Of a DNA stretch of 64,000 nt, positions 36,548-49,105 are shown in pieces. Position 1 is the stretch's first letter; the number at the start of each line of letters is the position of its first letter. The notes under the pieces are model-generated. The model searched no databases and was not told the DNA's origin. It saw only the letters and a list, made by a program, of their open reading frames with translations. Position numbers and translations under genes: made by a program. The stretch is from Basidiobolus meristosporus CBS 931.73 (Eukaryota; Fungi; Basidiobolomycota): assembly GCA_002104905.1 (NCBI GenBank), contig MCFE01000183.1, positions 62,001 through 126,000 on the forward strand. The letters run 5' to 3'.

Positions 36548-38956
36548 CTAACCAAACATTATTCTCAAATACAGATACACGAGGCAACCCAAAAACTTAA
36601 AGGCAGATAAGCCGGCCATGGACCAAAAGATGAAGTCCAGGTAGGGTCTAGAGCTGACATAGTCCCCAGCAATGCTGTGAATCCACCCGTTGACAACTTC
36701 CGACTGGAACGCTAGGATCAGTACCACATTGCTGAACATCCAAGTAAGCACCGTACGTGTACGGAACAGCCGGTAGTAGTCTTCGCGTTTGGTAGCCGCA
36801 TCGGTTTGTTGCTTCTCCGGCTCGGGCTTCACTTGGAGGTCGGAGAGCAAGTCGGCGTAGAGCGCATTGACATCCTGTTTCTCGGTGGGCACCTCGACGG
36901 TCGCTACCTCGACTCCCTTCTTGTTGGTAAGGGAGGTGACATTTCCGAGATTGGCCGACGCATTGTTGTCACCTTTGGTGCCCCAGGAGACATCGTGCGT
37001 GTTGCAGAAAGCGTACACCATAAGGATGCACACGTAGGATGGGAAAATGAACATGTACTGTACGAAGGAGGTGAACATGTGCCACGGCTCGAAGTACAAA
37101 AACGACGAGAGGAAGTACAGCCCGTACGTGGAGGCCACCGCAATAAAGATGTTGACCGTCTCTTTGGTGAAGGGCTGTTTCAGTAGGTTGTTGTACACGT
37201 CGGGATTGCTGAAGTAGACCGTTAGGTTAAATCCGATGGTATACAGCATAATGGCCATCACGAAAGCAAACAGATAGACGCAGAGGAGGTAGATGATCTT
37301 GGAGCCTTGCGGACGGTTCCCAAGAGAAAGGACGAACTGCACAATAATCCCCAACAGGAAGATCTCTCGAACAATGGAGTAGACATACTTCGATTTATGG
37401 AAGAACGGGTCTGGGCCATCGTTATCGTCGGAGGAATTCTGTTGACCCATGAAGTAGAAGGTAAGATAGAAATTACCCAGCGCGAACCAGGAGAAGAATA
37501 AATTAATGACGTTATAAATAAACTGGATCATAAACAGTCCCTTGCGAAAGAGGCCATGGTTCGTTCTCCATATCTGGAACCAATGGGCCGTGGCAAAGAA
37601 GGCAGCGAACAAAGAGCCATTCAACCATCGACGACGTTGAGAAATGAACTCGGGCCAATTATCCGGTACGTCGGTCTCTGCCTTGGCCGATTTCACGTAT
37701 TTGAGAACCCATTTGCTGTTCTTCTTGGCGCACAGTTCAAAGCAGAGAATACGATCTTCCGCCAGATACATGTTGGCTTCAAAGATACCCCCAGTGGCAT
37801 CCGCTCCATGCATCGTCTCTCCCTTGAAGTAGGACGCGAGAGGACCAATTCCGGGGGCAGTGTTCTTTAAAGCCGCGTATCTGTATGCGGAGAACGCACC
37901 GGGAAGAACACTGATGTATCCAAACACACTCTCCAACGGCTTATCCAGGATGTTGCTCATTTTGTACTCGAAATTTTGCGCAGCAACCAACGGGTTCCAA
38001 AGGTTGGAGCAGCCGGTGCCCAGCTCCACGCAGATCTCACCGCACGCGCCACCTACGCTTGGATTCCTGTCGAATGCCTTCCACAGGTGGTAGATCGAGG
38101 TGCCACTGGGACGTGTTCCGACATCCAGCAAGATACACACGTTGGGATTCAGCAGCGGAGCAAAAGCGTTGAAAAACCAGCGATGGGAGTTCAGCTTTTT
38201 GGCATTCTTCTCCTTCAAACAGAAAACCATTTGGATGGGCACGAAGTCCTGCTCAGCAATCGAGTGCACCCTCATATCACTGTCGAGATAAAGCTGGGAG
38301 GTGTATTCGTAGATGTGCGCGGTGACACCCTTCCCGTTGACGGTGCTTTGCGCTATGCCGTCCTGATACACGCCCATGGCGCCTAAAACCTTGAGCACCC
38401 GAGGATGCACCTTGGTACGGCCGTCTGCGACCACACAAACAACACATTTCTTCCACCCCTCATTCCCCCAAACCTTGGACTTGGAACGGTTGCATAGATG
38501 GCGGATATTCTTGATTACACCGGTGAAGGTTTTGACAAAGAGCTGCTCATCTTCGTTGTACATGGTCATCACGATAAACAGCTCCGTGGTGCGGCCAAAC
38601 ATTGCTGGACGCAGGGTGTATCTATTCTGTAAAAAGTCGTTTGGATCACAGGTAGCCGCGGTATACCGCATGGTTTCAAACTCTTCTCCCCTGTTAGGGG
38701 CTTTCTCCAGGATTTTGTCGGCAATTGGACACTCGATGACCAGGTTTCCAGAGATCAGCTCTATATGCCGGATACTCTTACGGCGATCCTCGATGTATTG
38801 TCTGTATCTTCGGGAGCCTGGGGGAGGGGCCACATTCGCGTTGTAAAGCTCTTCTATATGCCCCGGCGCCGGATCTCTGAAAGGATCCTCGGTCGGGTGT
38901 TCGTAGTTATCATAGGCTAACGGATGGTTGGAGTAAGGCTGGCGATAGTTACTCAT
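36548..38956 (-). CDS. Division-1 (class I/II/III) chitin synthase, intronless, 802 aa
   Basis: First ATG at 38956; [68 protein letters not shown]. Confidence 0.95.
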   Translation of the reverse strand: MSNYRQPYSNHPLAYDNYEHPTEDPFRDPAPGHIEELYNANVAPPPGSRRYRQYIEDRRKSIRHIELISGNLVIECPIADKILEKAPNRGEEFETMRYTAATCDPNDFLQNRYTLRPAMFGRTTELFIVMTMYNEDEQLFVKTFTGVIKNIRHLCNRSKSKVWGNEGWKKCVVCVVADGRTKVHPRVLKVLGAMGVYQDGIAQSTVNGKGVTAHIYEYTSQLYLDSDMRVHSIAEQDFVPIQMVFCLKEKNAKKLNSHRWFFNAFAPLLNPNVCILLDVGTRPSGTSIYHLWKAFDRNPSVGGACGEICVELGTGCSNLWNPLVAAQNFEYKMSNILDKPLESVFGYISVLPGAFSAYRYAALKNTAPGIGPLASYFKGETMHGADATGGIFEANMYLAEDRILCFELCAKKNSKWVLKYVKSAKAETDVPDNWPEFISQRRRWLNGSLFAAFFATAHWFQIWRTNHGLFRKGLFMIQFIYNVINLFFSWFALGNFYLTFYFMGQQNSSDDNDGPDPFFHKSKYVYSIVREIFLLGIIVQFVLSLGNRPQGSKIIYLLCVYLFAFVMAIMLYTIGFNLTVYFSNPDVYNNLLKQPFTKETVNIFIAVASTYGLYFLSSFLYFEPWHMFTSFVQYMFIFPSYVCILMVYAFCNTHDVSWGTKGDNNASANLGNVTSLTNKKGVEVATVEVPTEKQDVNALYADLLSDLQVKPEPEKQQTDAATKREDYYRLFRTRTVLTWMFSNVVLILAFQSEVVNGWIHSIAGDYVSSRPYLDFIFWSMAGLSAFKFLGCLVYLYLRIMFG

Positions 38957-41149
38957 TTGGAGGGAAGGAGTGGAAGCCAATGTCTTTCAAAGACCTGATG
39001 TGGCGAGTGGATTAGGCGAGGATGAAGGGTTTTAGGGCACTCTGGGGTAGCTTATAGTGTCTGGTTTGGGTGCGGAGTTTATATGTTGATTCGACTGTTT
39101 AAAGGAACACTGATTTAAATGGTGTCACATCACCCTGCCACAAATTAACGCAAGCCCACTAATCTCTTTGCACTTGTGAAATCAAATCACAATTGTAGAA
39201 GTGGTTTCGAGCTAATTTCCGAGCACCCAATGCTTGAGAACGAGCATGTAGTGTGGTATTGTAATCTCCATATTGGCGATGAATTCCCAAATTAGGCGAG
39301 TGGTTTACCTGCATTTGGAAATCCCATGACAGCTCCATATTCCCTTAGAGTGATACGTATTTTTGACAACGGGTAGTTGCTGTTTGTGCGCGAACTGACG
39401 TAGAAGGCGTGCACCTTCGCCACTTATGCCCAGCTTTGCTCTTTTACGTCCAAGTTATGTGAGGCTGGCATTGATCGACCTGTGCAGGAATTGTAATCGG
39501 AAGCGATACATTGCGCCGGTTGGAGTGATTGATCCCACTTACGCAGCATCAATCAGGTGCGATGAATCAAGGCGATGTCTCGTGCTGGCAAGCGAGTGCA
39601 AACAGCCAATTGTCCTGTCTGTGGCTATGCATTGGAAGCACCCGCACTGTTCAATCTTGCAAGTTTACATACACTGTGTCTATTTTCACTGCGCTCGCGG
39701 CATGCGTGCAGAGGCACTGGCGCACGAATTTAAAAATACACGGATCTTCCAAATGTACCCGTCGTCCTGTGTTCCATTTCGAAACGACGGTCGTCGAGTT
39801 CATCCGCAACCGATTTCAGTGGTTAGGGATTGGTGGGCAGTTCGAAAATAGATCCCCTAAAAATAACCATGGCTTGGATAGCCGCCCCTATACACCAATC
39901 ACATCTACAGGAGTGATTAGTGATTGCATCCAAAATGGCCTATTTTTAGATTGGGTCGCGGACTATACCAAGGGAAGTTAGCCTCTGGCATGTTGGGTCG
40001 TCGATATTTCTGCTCACCAGACTAACCCTCATAATGCCAGAGTTGGATTATCCAAGGAGCCCAATCGCACCCCCGACAAGCCCAATGGAACGGCGTTTAA
40101 CGTCCAATAGTCCACCTTGTGTCAGAAATTCTCCTCGCTGTCTGTTTTCATTATACTCCAGCGACAATAGGGATCGCAGAAAATCGACCTAAGCGATCAA
40201 CCTACAATCTGGATGCCATCCCTTGGCGTGGTAACAATATGAGCCTTAGGGAAGACCGTGACCAAGTAGGACTAGCTGAGATCCACACCCACGTGAGTGA
40301 TCATGTTTGCTCTTGGCCCACCTGATGCTCAAATGGTCATTCATCGAAACTTATTAATCCACAGATGCTTAATGCAGTCTTATCGGCGACTCTCTTGCAC
40401 CTAATGTAGGCGGCGTCCAGCGAATCATCTGGCCTTGATCGTGTGATAAATCGGATGAATGAGGGTTTGGGACGGCAGCCCTCAAATGAGAGGGTTTCAT
40501 TTGCCAGGGCCAGTCGTACATCCGCACTTAATCCGCGAAGTAATGGCTCAGCATATGTCGGAGTTGATTGTACGGGGATCAGCAGAAGTGATCCGTTTTA
40601 GAGTGGTCTATATGGCATCCACTTAATGTCTATCCGATATCACACTAATGCTTCTGCATACACAGGAAACAGGGGCTATGCTATGTGCCAAATCCCAATA
40701 ATATTGACTTCCAAATAGAAACCTGTTCCACTCTAGAATCACTGATATGATATCTATAATAACTGGTTGATTCAAATAAATAATGGCATCAAGGGCTGAG
40801 TGGATTAAGGCCACTCCCCGATTTCTAATCCTGACATCTTGAACTAATCTAGTAGTTCATATGATACCATAATTGGTCAGCAGATCATCAGAATAGATAG
40901 AATGGAGACTGTATTCCTACCGGTTTGTGCTTCATTATTAAAATAAAAACAAGAAAAAAAAGCGCGGGCCTCGTGACTCTCCTTACCTGCTATATAACGC
41001 TCAAGACGCCTACGTTGTGCACTAAAATCCCACTCACGAATTCTCTCCCAGGGAATCTTGAAGAAGGCCGTTTTCACAAAAGCCGTTCCAACAGAATTTC
41101 CTTCGAGACTAGTCTTGAAATTCCCCAGATAGCATTTTCAACTATTGCT

Positions 41150-41704
41150 ATGTCTTGCACTGTTCTCCCCTCTAAACAGATTGCCGATTATAAGCCTCTT
41201 CCTGACCCACTCATCAGTAAGTGAGGACTCCATGCTAAGCTTCACACCCATGTCCTAACAATATCAACTTTAGATTTCACCACCGAGTTCTTGTGTGGGA
41301 TTTTAAACTGCAAGCAGAGGCCACTGCGCCAAACCCAAATGCCAGAACTGCTACTCTTCGTCACTCGGGTAGCAGAACGCTCACGCATAAGCATCTTTAC
41401 CGGAGTTATCGCGCTGATTTATCTGTATCGACTGAAAGCGAGGCTTCCTGCCAAGGCGCAGGGGGAATACGGCACATCACATAGACTGTTTCTCGCCAGC
41501 ATACTGGTCGCATCGAAATATCTTTATGGCCCCGAAGGACTAAGCAATCGTACCATGGCCGAGGTATCTGGCGTTTTCAATTCGACTGAAGTAAGCAGGA
41601 TGGAAGAGGAGTTTCTGAAGTTGCTTGACTACAGAGTTTGGGTCAACGATCAGGAGCTCCGACTATTCCTGGAGGAGCACAAATCCGAGCTGTACTTGAT
41701 TTAA
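41150..41704 (+). CDS. Small Pho85-type (Pcl1/Pcl2-like) cyclin
   Basis: Exon 41150-41216, intron 41217-41273, exon 41274-41704; IALIYLYRLK..LP..AQG...T.HRLFLASILVASKYL...N..MA..SGVF...EV.RME.EFL.LLDY. Confidence 0.85.
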
Positions 41705-42718
41705 ACTAACCAAATCGACCATAACCCCTTACCTTGTTAATATCCTTAATCGCCAGAATCTGGTAGTTTTGAGAGGAGATGTCTGACCCCATATTGCTGC
41801 TGATAATCGAGTAGACATTCCTAGCGAGTATTGTACAATAAGTTTATGACCAACCACGGTTTCTCTGACTATCCCCCACCCCCTACAGGCGCGCTTCCCT
41901 TTATTCCTGGCTTACTTTTTGTTCATATTATGTATCAAAATCATGTTGCATTTTGCGACCTCCCAGCTTGTAATGATTTATCCCCTAACTAGACTCTACC
42001 TACTCCTTTATCTCCTATAACGCACTATCCGTTTTGTGTTGTGTATTGTCTATCCTGTACTTCTACTGTTTCATATAAATGACCATCATATCAATCTATT
42101 TTTAAAGTGCGAGGATGCTAGTATTTCTGCTCTGGGGTAAAAGTTTGGTGGCTGCGTCCTTTTAGGATGCGTGTGGTTATGCGAACCAACAAGGACCGAC
42201 ATGATTCTCTTGAAATCATACCCATACACATGTTGTCCTTGTTCCATTGCGGCAATGGGAGACCAGCAAATGTGCTATCACCCATGCTGCACGGACACCT
42301 TCATGGTAAGGACATGAATGGTCATGATGGCTCCTAATCATACCATATGGAAGTATCCAGTGCAAACGCTGCCAAGGCATTATTTAATCTTCGGCTAGCG
42401 CTGCGATTTTTGCTATTTTCATTCAAATCAGACTAAATAAGCATTGATTGTGTTTCATCTTATCAAACAGTTGATCAGTAATTGTTTGCATAAGTCTGCC
42501 ACATTTGTTGTTCTGCGGTTGTAATTTCGATTAATCATTGAATAGAAATGGTTGGTCAGCTCGTGTGATCTTGTTTTGATGACATGCATGAGATTATTGT
42601 TATGATTTAAACCCTCAGAGTCATGTGATTAAAGACAGTCATTCCAAGCATTTTCCATGCGGCTTTAAAGGTCAATTTACTGACTGTCCTGCTATAGTTT
42701 GTTCACAACTACGTAAAG

Positions 42719-45257
42719 ATGTTCCTCTTCGATTCACTTAGCAAACTTATTTGGAAAAGCCCAGATGGCTCCGATCTAATTACCCTTCCTTCCGGTCAAT
42801 TCTTTTTACTTCGACCCGACTCTCATAGAAAGAGCCGAGAGTGCATGTAAAAGCCATTTCTTTGTTGTTCAATTGTCAGTATCAACTTTCTGACTTTTTT
42901 AATTCTGTTTAGCTTTAAAGACAGTCAAGCTGTAATTAGACGAACTGGGACAGAGTACCAGTACCAATTGGTTGTATCTCGAGTATACGAGGAAGGCGAA
43001 GAAGAACTTGAAGAAGACAATCTCAGTAGGCATTTGACTTGATTATTTTTTCGTATGTATAAGCTATATTAAGTGCTTGATTGCTCTACTTTTCTGTAAT
43101 ACCAGATGAGGAAGAGTATAGTTTTCTTGTAGATCAACATCTGCATTTCTATCACACCGAGTATGAGGGCTCGCCTTCATTTTTATGGTCGGATCTAGAA
43201 AATGTAAGCCGCATTATCGACAATTTTCTCTCAAACAAGTGTGTCCCTGACTAATTTTACTATTTATTCTCCTTTTGCAGGAGGGCCAATATTTCGAGTT
43301 CGTTGCCGAAGAGCGAGTCGATCCAGACAGATTAGAAGCTTTCCAATTGACAGTATTCGAATGTATGTACGAGCGTAAATATAGAAAGCCACACTCTGAA
43401 GCCAGCAATGAAGAGTTGAAGCAATTCATTTACGAGTAAGTAGATGCACGCATCAAATCAACTCCCTCTTCGATAGATTCCCATTAACCATTTTTCATTG
43501 ATTTCAGTCCTGAAGTAAGCGAAAAGGCTGAGCCCTCCTCGCCCACTGTTGTGGCTCAAAAGCAACCATCTGCGCCATCCACCCCCGTGCGTCAAGTGAG
43601 CCAGGAAAAGTCTCCTGCCTATATTTCTGCTCCTGACGGAAATAACGTGGCTGTAGTTAAGGGAGAACTATACCTCTTCAGCATCAATCATAACACCTTT
43701 CTATTGCAAACATCCGACGCAGTTGCTAATTTGATCGAGGTCAATCAGTATGAATATTGGCTTAGTGTCGAGGGTGATGGCAGGCCATATATTTCACAAC
43801 CTATTGGCTCTGATATGAACCCTGTTTTCAGCAATGAGCATCACTCCTTTATTTGGTGTTACACCGACGATAACGGCTATGTTTACTCTTGGTCCTTGAA
43901 GTTCACCGATGCACAAGAAGAACAGATATTCATTGAATCGTTTGGTAGATGCATGTATGAAACGTTAAACCAACAGAATTTCAGCAAAGTTAAAAGCGAT
44001 GACCAAAAATACATCACCGAGGCATACCAAGAGGATGTCGAGATGGCCGATGCCTTTTCCGAGTCTGATGAAGAGAGCAGTAGATCCGAAGACGAGGATG
44101 AAGAAGAAGAGGAGGAGGAAGAAGAGGAAGAAGTGGAAGTGAGATCTACATCTGCAGGCAAAGGCATCGATTCCAATAGCCAGCTTGCTGTTGGATACAA
44201 GCATGATCGTTCTTTTGTCGTTCGTGGAGACAAAATTGGTGTTTTCAAGCACACTGATGACGATCAACTCGAGTTCTCTACCACTATCAACAATGTTTCC
44301 ACTCCCAATGGAAAGAAATTTGCTCCATCCAAGGTCATGCTACATGAGGAGGATTCTTCAATGGTTTTGATGGATCCTAAAGAAAACCACTCCCTTTACA
44401 AGATGGATTTGGAGTACGGCAAGGTAGTGGAAGAGTGGCCAGTTCACGAATTTATTCAATGCAGTAACATCATGCCGGACACCAAATTCGCCCAATTAAC
44501 ACCGCAAAAAACATTGGTTGGTATGAGCCACAACGCCGTCTACAGAGTGGATCCCCGTTTACCACACTACAAGATGGTTGATTCACAACTTAAACAATAC
44601 GTGACCAAGAACGACTTCAGCTGCGCCACCACCACGGAGAATGGTCAGATTGCCGTTGCAAGTAACAAGGGAGATATTCGCTTGTTCAACAAACTGGGCA
44701 TCAATGCAAAAACCGCATTACCTCCTCTTGGTGACCCCATTATTGGTATTGATGTTACCGCTAGTGGCCGTTTCATTGTAGCCACCTGTAAAACCTATCT
44801 GTTGTTGATTGACACCATGATCAAATCGGCAAGTACACCTACTTATGGCTTTGAAAAGAGTTTCCCAAAGAACGAAAAGCCAGTCCCTAAACGTCTCCAG
44901 TTAAAGCCTGAACATGTCGCTTACATGAATGAACCAGTGTCATTTACCCCAGCCAAGTTCAATACTAGCGAGGGAGAGGATGAAAGAACCATCGTAACCA
45001 GTACTGGACCATACGTCATCACCTGGAACTTCCGTAAGGTGAAGCAAGGCAAACTGGACGACTATCAAATCAAGCGCTACACAGATACCGTTGTTGCCGA
45101 CAACTTCAAATTCGGCGAAGATCGTAACATTGTTGTCGCGCTGCCGAACGATGTTACTATGGTGAACAAGAAAACCCTGAAATCCCCGGTCAAGGTTCTT
45201 CAAACCCCAACCCGTAAACTCCGGTCCAGGTCGGACATTGTGAATTCGCCGTATTAG
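42719..45257 (+). CDS. VID27: Vacuolar import and degradation protein 27
   Basis: MFLFDSLSKLIW...LPSGQFFLLRP...I|FKDSQAVIRRTGTEYQYQLVVSRVYEEGEEEL; PH-like domain; acidic linker; LAVGYKHDRSFVVRGDKIGVFKH beta-propeller; four in-phase introns. Confidence 0.94.
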
Positions 45258-45889
45258 GGGTGGGCTGGGTTGAGCCTGAACGCCATACCACCACCAGAGC
45301 TTTTTGATTTTCCAGATATTGAATTCCTGTGAGCTCGGTTCTGCACATCTTTGTTCCTCCCCCTTACCCCTCCCCCCCCCACGAATCTTTTCTAGCTGTT
45401 TATAAAATTGGAAAATCTCTTCTACATAAAAGCAACTCAATGAAAATATCATGTGCGCAGGTAGTGTCCGGAGGGTTGGGGACGGTCGTGTAAAAGCAGC
45501 CGAGCACTAAGGCCAGGGTCGATGACACGCGATTAATGATCTTGGGCGACCTGGGGCTCTGGCCTTGGATGACCTGCATACAAGGAGACATTGGATTATA
45601 GGAAGCTCTCCATGATATACTCTGCTTGTAGCATTCTTCGGATGAGTAAGAGGTGGAGCTCACATGTCAGGCAGAGATCAAGGATGCCGGTGTTGTATGG
45701 AACACAGCTTTTATCAACATGTTGTCAGGCATACCAAAATTCCTTGTTGATTGGCTACCATTGCTGCTATGAGCGTTCTAGAGGTGATTCAGTCGGTTGA
45801 CTGTTGAATCGAGGCCATTTGGCATTCATTCATCGGTTGTAGCCTTTACAACTGACTAAAATTTGGACCGATGACCAGTAGATTCAACA

Positions 45890-46390
45890 ATGCCACAAGA
45901 ATTCTATCGCCAAACGACTGCTGATGAGGGGACTTCACACTTTACGGGGAGATCAAAGGCAAGACTAATAATCACGGGTGTGGCTTGGGTTGGGCTTGGA
46001 GCCGAGGCCGCACGAGTGATAGCCCAACATGGCACTGGGTCGGTGATTATTGCGGGTAGGCGTGAGTCGGCGCTTCAAGACATCATCAACAAAATCATGG
46101 AAGAAACACACAGCACCTTGGAAAAGTTGCCGAGTATATTCTGTACGAAGTCCTGCTTCTCGTGCTGCGTGTGGTCGATGCCCAATCACAATATTTCATC
46201 CATACTAGCTCTCGTTGGAACGGATGCCCAATCATTATATTAGACCGTGCCATTATACTAACTGAGTGCTCAACTCCTGCTCGTATCGCAATCGCTTCCA
46301 AGACCAAAGGACCTCTGATCCTTGAAAAGATTGGCCCTTCTACGAGAACGATGCGTACATCCCGAGTAGACCCCTCTTCGGGGGGATTTA
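45890..46390 (+). pseudogene. Truncated short-chain dehydrogenase (WWOX/retinol-dehydrogenase-like) remnant
   Basis: TTADE...LIITGVAWVGLGAEAARVIAQHG...VIIAGR Rossmann start. Homology is lost after ~80 codons and no YxxxK is seen. Confidence 0.7.
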
Positions 46391-47296
46391 TTGGTCATTA
46401 TACAATGAAGAGATGGCTTTCTGAGTTGAGTTTGCTAATAGGGTTGCCGTGTCTCTTCCTTTCATATTTCATGTAACTCTTATCGCTACACACTGGTTTC
46501 AAAATCATTTGTGATCTGACACTGAAATCGAGTCCAGCCACGTGTCCGTAATCACCAAAGATTCATTCATCCTAGATTTGCAGTTTAATTGGCCCCCAAT
46601 GGCCATCTAAATCGCCAAGTTCCAGTCAAAGTACCTATAAAAACCCGAGAAATGTGGTACATCAGTAGTAGGTCAGGCTGAAGATCCTTTCTCGTTTTAG
46701 TTCTGCGAAGAACAGCTGGATCAACAATATTGGGTGCACTAGAGAGCGTAAATGATCCTTCTACTACACAAAGGGTGTTCAGGATTTGATGGCCGCCATG
46801 AGCGACTGCTCTAGTCTACGTTGTCACATTCCCTGCCCTGATTAAACTCTTCACTTGCCGATCTACGAATCGGCGTTACAACCACCACATGAATACTACT
46901 CCCCGATGTGGAGGTTTATCCGTAATCACCTACAGTACTCTAATGACTGACATTGTAGACGTAAATAGCCTCAGTTATCTTGATCTATGTGGCAATGCAG
47001 GTGATTTTCATGTCGAAATCTGGTTCGCATCCAGTTCATCACCTTGTTGAATCGATTTAGGTTGGGTCGATCCTAGCAACAGGGATACATTACTGAGCGC
47101 TAAAGCTACAGAACTGTATACAGAGTTACCATAGCACCCGTTGTGATTCCTGTTCATATTCTAATAGCTTAATTTCCACCATTCAAGGAAATATCAACTG
47201 AGCGTAAAGCATCCAAGAAGCCTTTCATTTAGCCATTTCTGAAATGTAAGTGATGCTCACCTCTTGGACCGGGAACGGAATAGGACAAACAAGCCT

Positions 47297-47304
47297 TATA
47301 AATA
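47297..47304 (+). promoter_or_regulatory. TATA box of the LPMO gene
   Basis: TATAAATA about 40 bp upstream of the ATG at 47345. Confidence 0.5.
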
Positions 47305-47344
47305 CACCAAGTTCATTGCCTGAAAAGTAATTCTAAGCAAGACA

Positions 47345-48223
47345 ATGTTCTCTAACCTCTTGCAAGCAACTCTTTGTCTACTTGGTCTGGTGACGTTGAC
47401 CGTCGCTCATATGGAGATGGTACAGCCACCACCACGCCGCTCACGGTATAACCCCACATGGACAGGAACTCCGGACTACAACATGGTGAATCCATTAGGC
47501 ATCTACCCATGCAAAGGCTATGAACAAGGAGGAGTTATTCAGACCGTGAAGGCTGGTAGCTCCATCCAAGTGAAAATCGGTGGCGGTGCCATCCATGGAG
47601 GAGGACATTGCCAGTTCGCTATTTCGTACGATAAAGGCAAGACCTTTGTCGTACTTGAAACCGTCTATAACAACTGTCTCATTGCAAGCACTCAATATTC
47701 CGTGAATATTCCTAGCACTGCTGGTTCCAGTAAAAACGTAGTCTTTGCCTGGACATGGATCAACAAGATCGGTAATCGCGAATACTACATGAACTGCGCT
47801 GATTTGGAGCTTCAGGGGACTGCCAATGGCTACATCACTGGGCCAAAGCTGTTGGTTGCAAATCTCCCCGGCTATCCTACTATTCCCGAGTTTCCTGGTG
47901 ATGGGCCAAATGATGGCCGAGATTTGCTTGCTGCTCGGCCAATTGTAACCATTCGTCCAGAAAATGATGGCTCTATTCCCACATCCAGTGCATCCCCAAC
48001 CAAAACTACTAGCTCAGTCACTAGTCTTCCTACTACAACAGCCGCCCCCACTTCTGCACCAGGAGCTGGCGTTTGTAAAGACATTCCTGCTTGGAGTGCT
48101 GGAGTTGGCTATAATGGCTCTCAAAAGGTAACTTACAAGGGCCACCTCTGGCAAGCCAGATGGTGGAATCAAAATGAGTCCCCAGATACTAGTAGTGTCT
48201 GGACAGATTTGGGTGCTTGTTGA
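47345..48223 (+). CDS. AA11-type lytic polysaccharide monooxygenase + S/T/P linker + CBM5/12 chitin-binding module, intronless
   Basis: Signal peptide ending VA, then mature His1 (HMEMVQPPP); AIHGGGHCQ; FAWTWINKIGNREYYMNCAD; C-terminal AWSAGVGY...KVTYKGHLWQARWW. Confidence 0.9.
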   Translation: MFSNLLQATLCLLGLVTLTVAHMEMVQPPPRRSRYNPTWTGTPDYNMVNPLGIYPCKGYEQGGVIQTVKAGSSIQVKIGGGAIHGGGHCQFAISYDKGKTFVVLETVYNNCLIASTQYSVNIPSTAGSSKNVVFAWTWINKIGNREYYMNCADLELQGTANGYITGPKLLVANLPGYPTIPEFPGDGPNDGRDLLAARPIVTIRPENDGSIPTSSASPTKTTSSVTSLPTTTAAPTSAPGAGVCKDIPAWSAGVGYNGSQKVTYKGHLWQARWWNQNESPDTSSVWTDLGAC

Positions 48224-49105
48224 CTGTGAAGTAATAAAGTTGCTTCAATCTTATATTACGTGTCCCCGATTTGATTTCTAGGCAGCGGGTGCCTACCCTG
48301 TCCATCGAGACACAGTTCCATGATAGAGTGCTATATGTCATAGAAATATCAATCCTTCCGCTTGGTAAAATGAGCTATTTGACAAGCAAGACGCCCTGTT
48401 CAGCGATAAGAATGATCACCATGCATAAGCCAGATTAGAGCTCGATCCGATGTATACGGCTTGTGGCAGTAGATCGTTTCTTCAAGAAGTATCAGTGTAG
48501 ATTCCTAAATATTCTGTCGTACTGGAATATGATTCTGATTCATGTGTGCATTATTTGTTAGTTGAGTTTTTCCTTCTATATGGCCTTGTTCATTTCCATT
48601 GCCTATCTGATATCCTTCAGTGGTGTCTGGAATATTCCCGAAGCAGTGTATTAGTAGTAGTTTCACTGTGGTAGGGGTAACAGGCGTGCTTCGTATTTGT
48701 AGCTAGCAAATACGAATTTGACAACAGCTGCCCAGAGGGTATTCAGCATGGGTATCACTAGTACAAATCTCGAATTTATTCAATTTGAGGACTGGAGAAG
48801 TCTAACATCATTTCATAGAACAAGTATCGCCGACATGAAATCCGACATGAAATCCTTGTAGCTATAACTGTTGCGTCCATGCTACTTACAAAGGCTTATG
48901 CAATGAGCAATGCCGATCCAATTGCCGGCGTTTCCTTGACTTGCATTAGCATCAAGACGGTATGAACAACACTTGCTGATTAGATACTAAATACACCAAC
49001 AGCTTTGTACCAAAAGCACCTCGAGCGATACGGTTGAGATCCATAGAATGGGGGTAGTGTACGTGGGCAACATAAACTTTGATAATCGAGATTTATTTCA
49101 GAGTG

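Noticed and set aside
44085-44135. GAA/GAG repeat run
   Set aside because: Ordinary poly-Glu linker within the VID27 coding sequence.
48690-48856. 10-bp hairpin TTCGTATTTG/CAAATACGAA and a 12-bp tandem CCGACATGAAAT x2
   Set aside because: Short and isolated; expected by chance in 64 kb.
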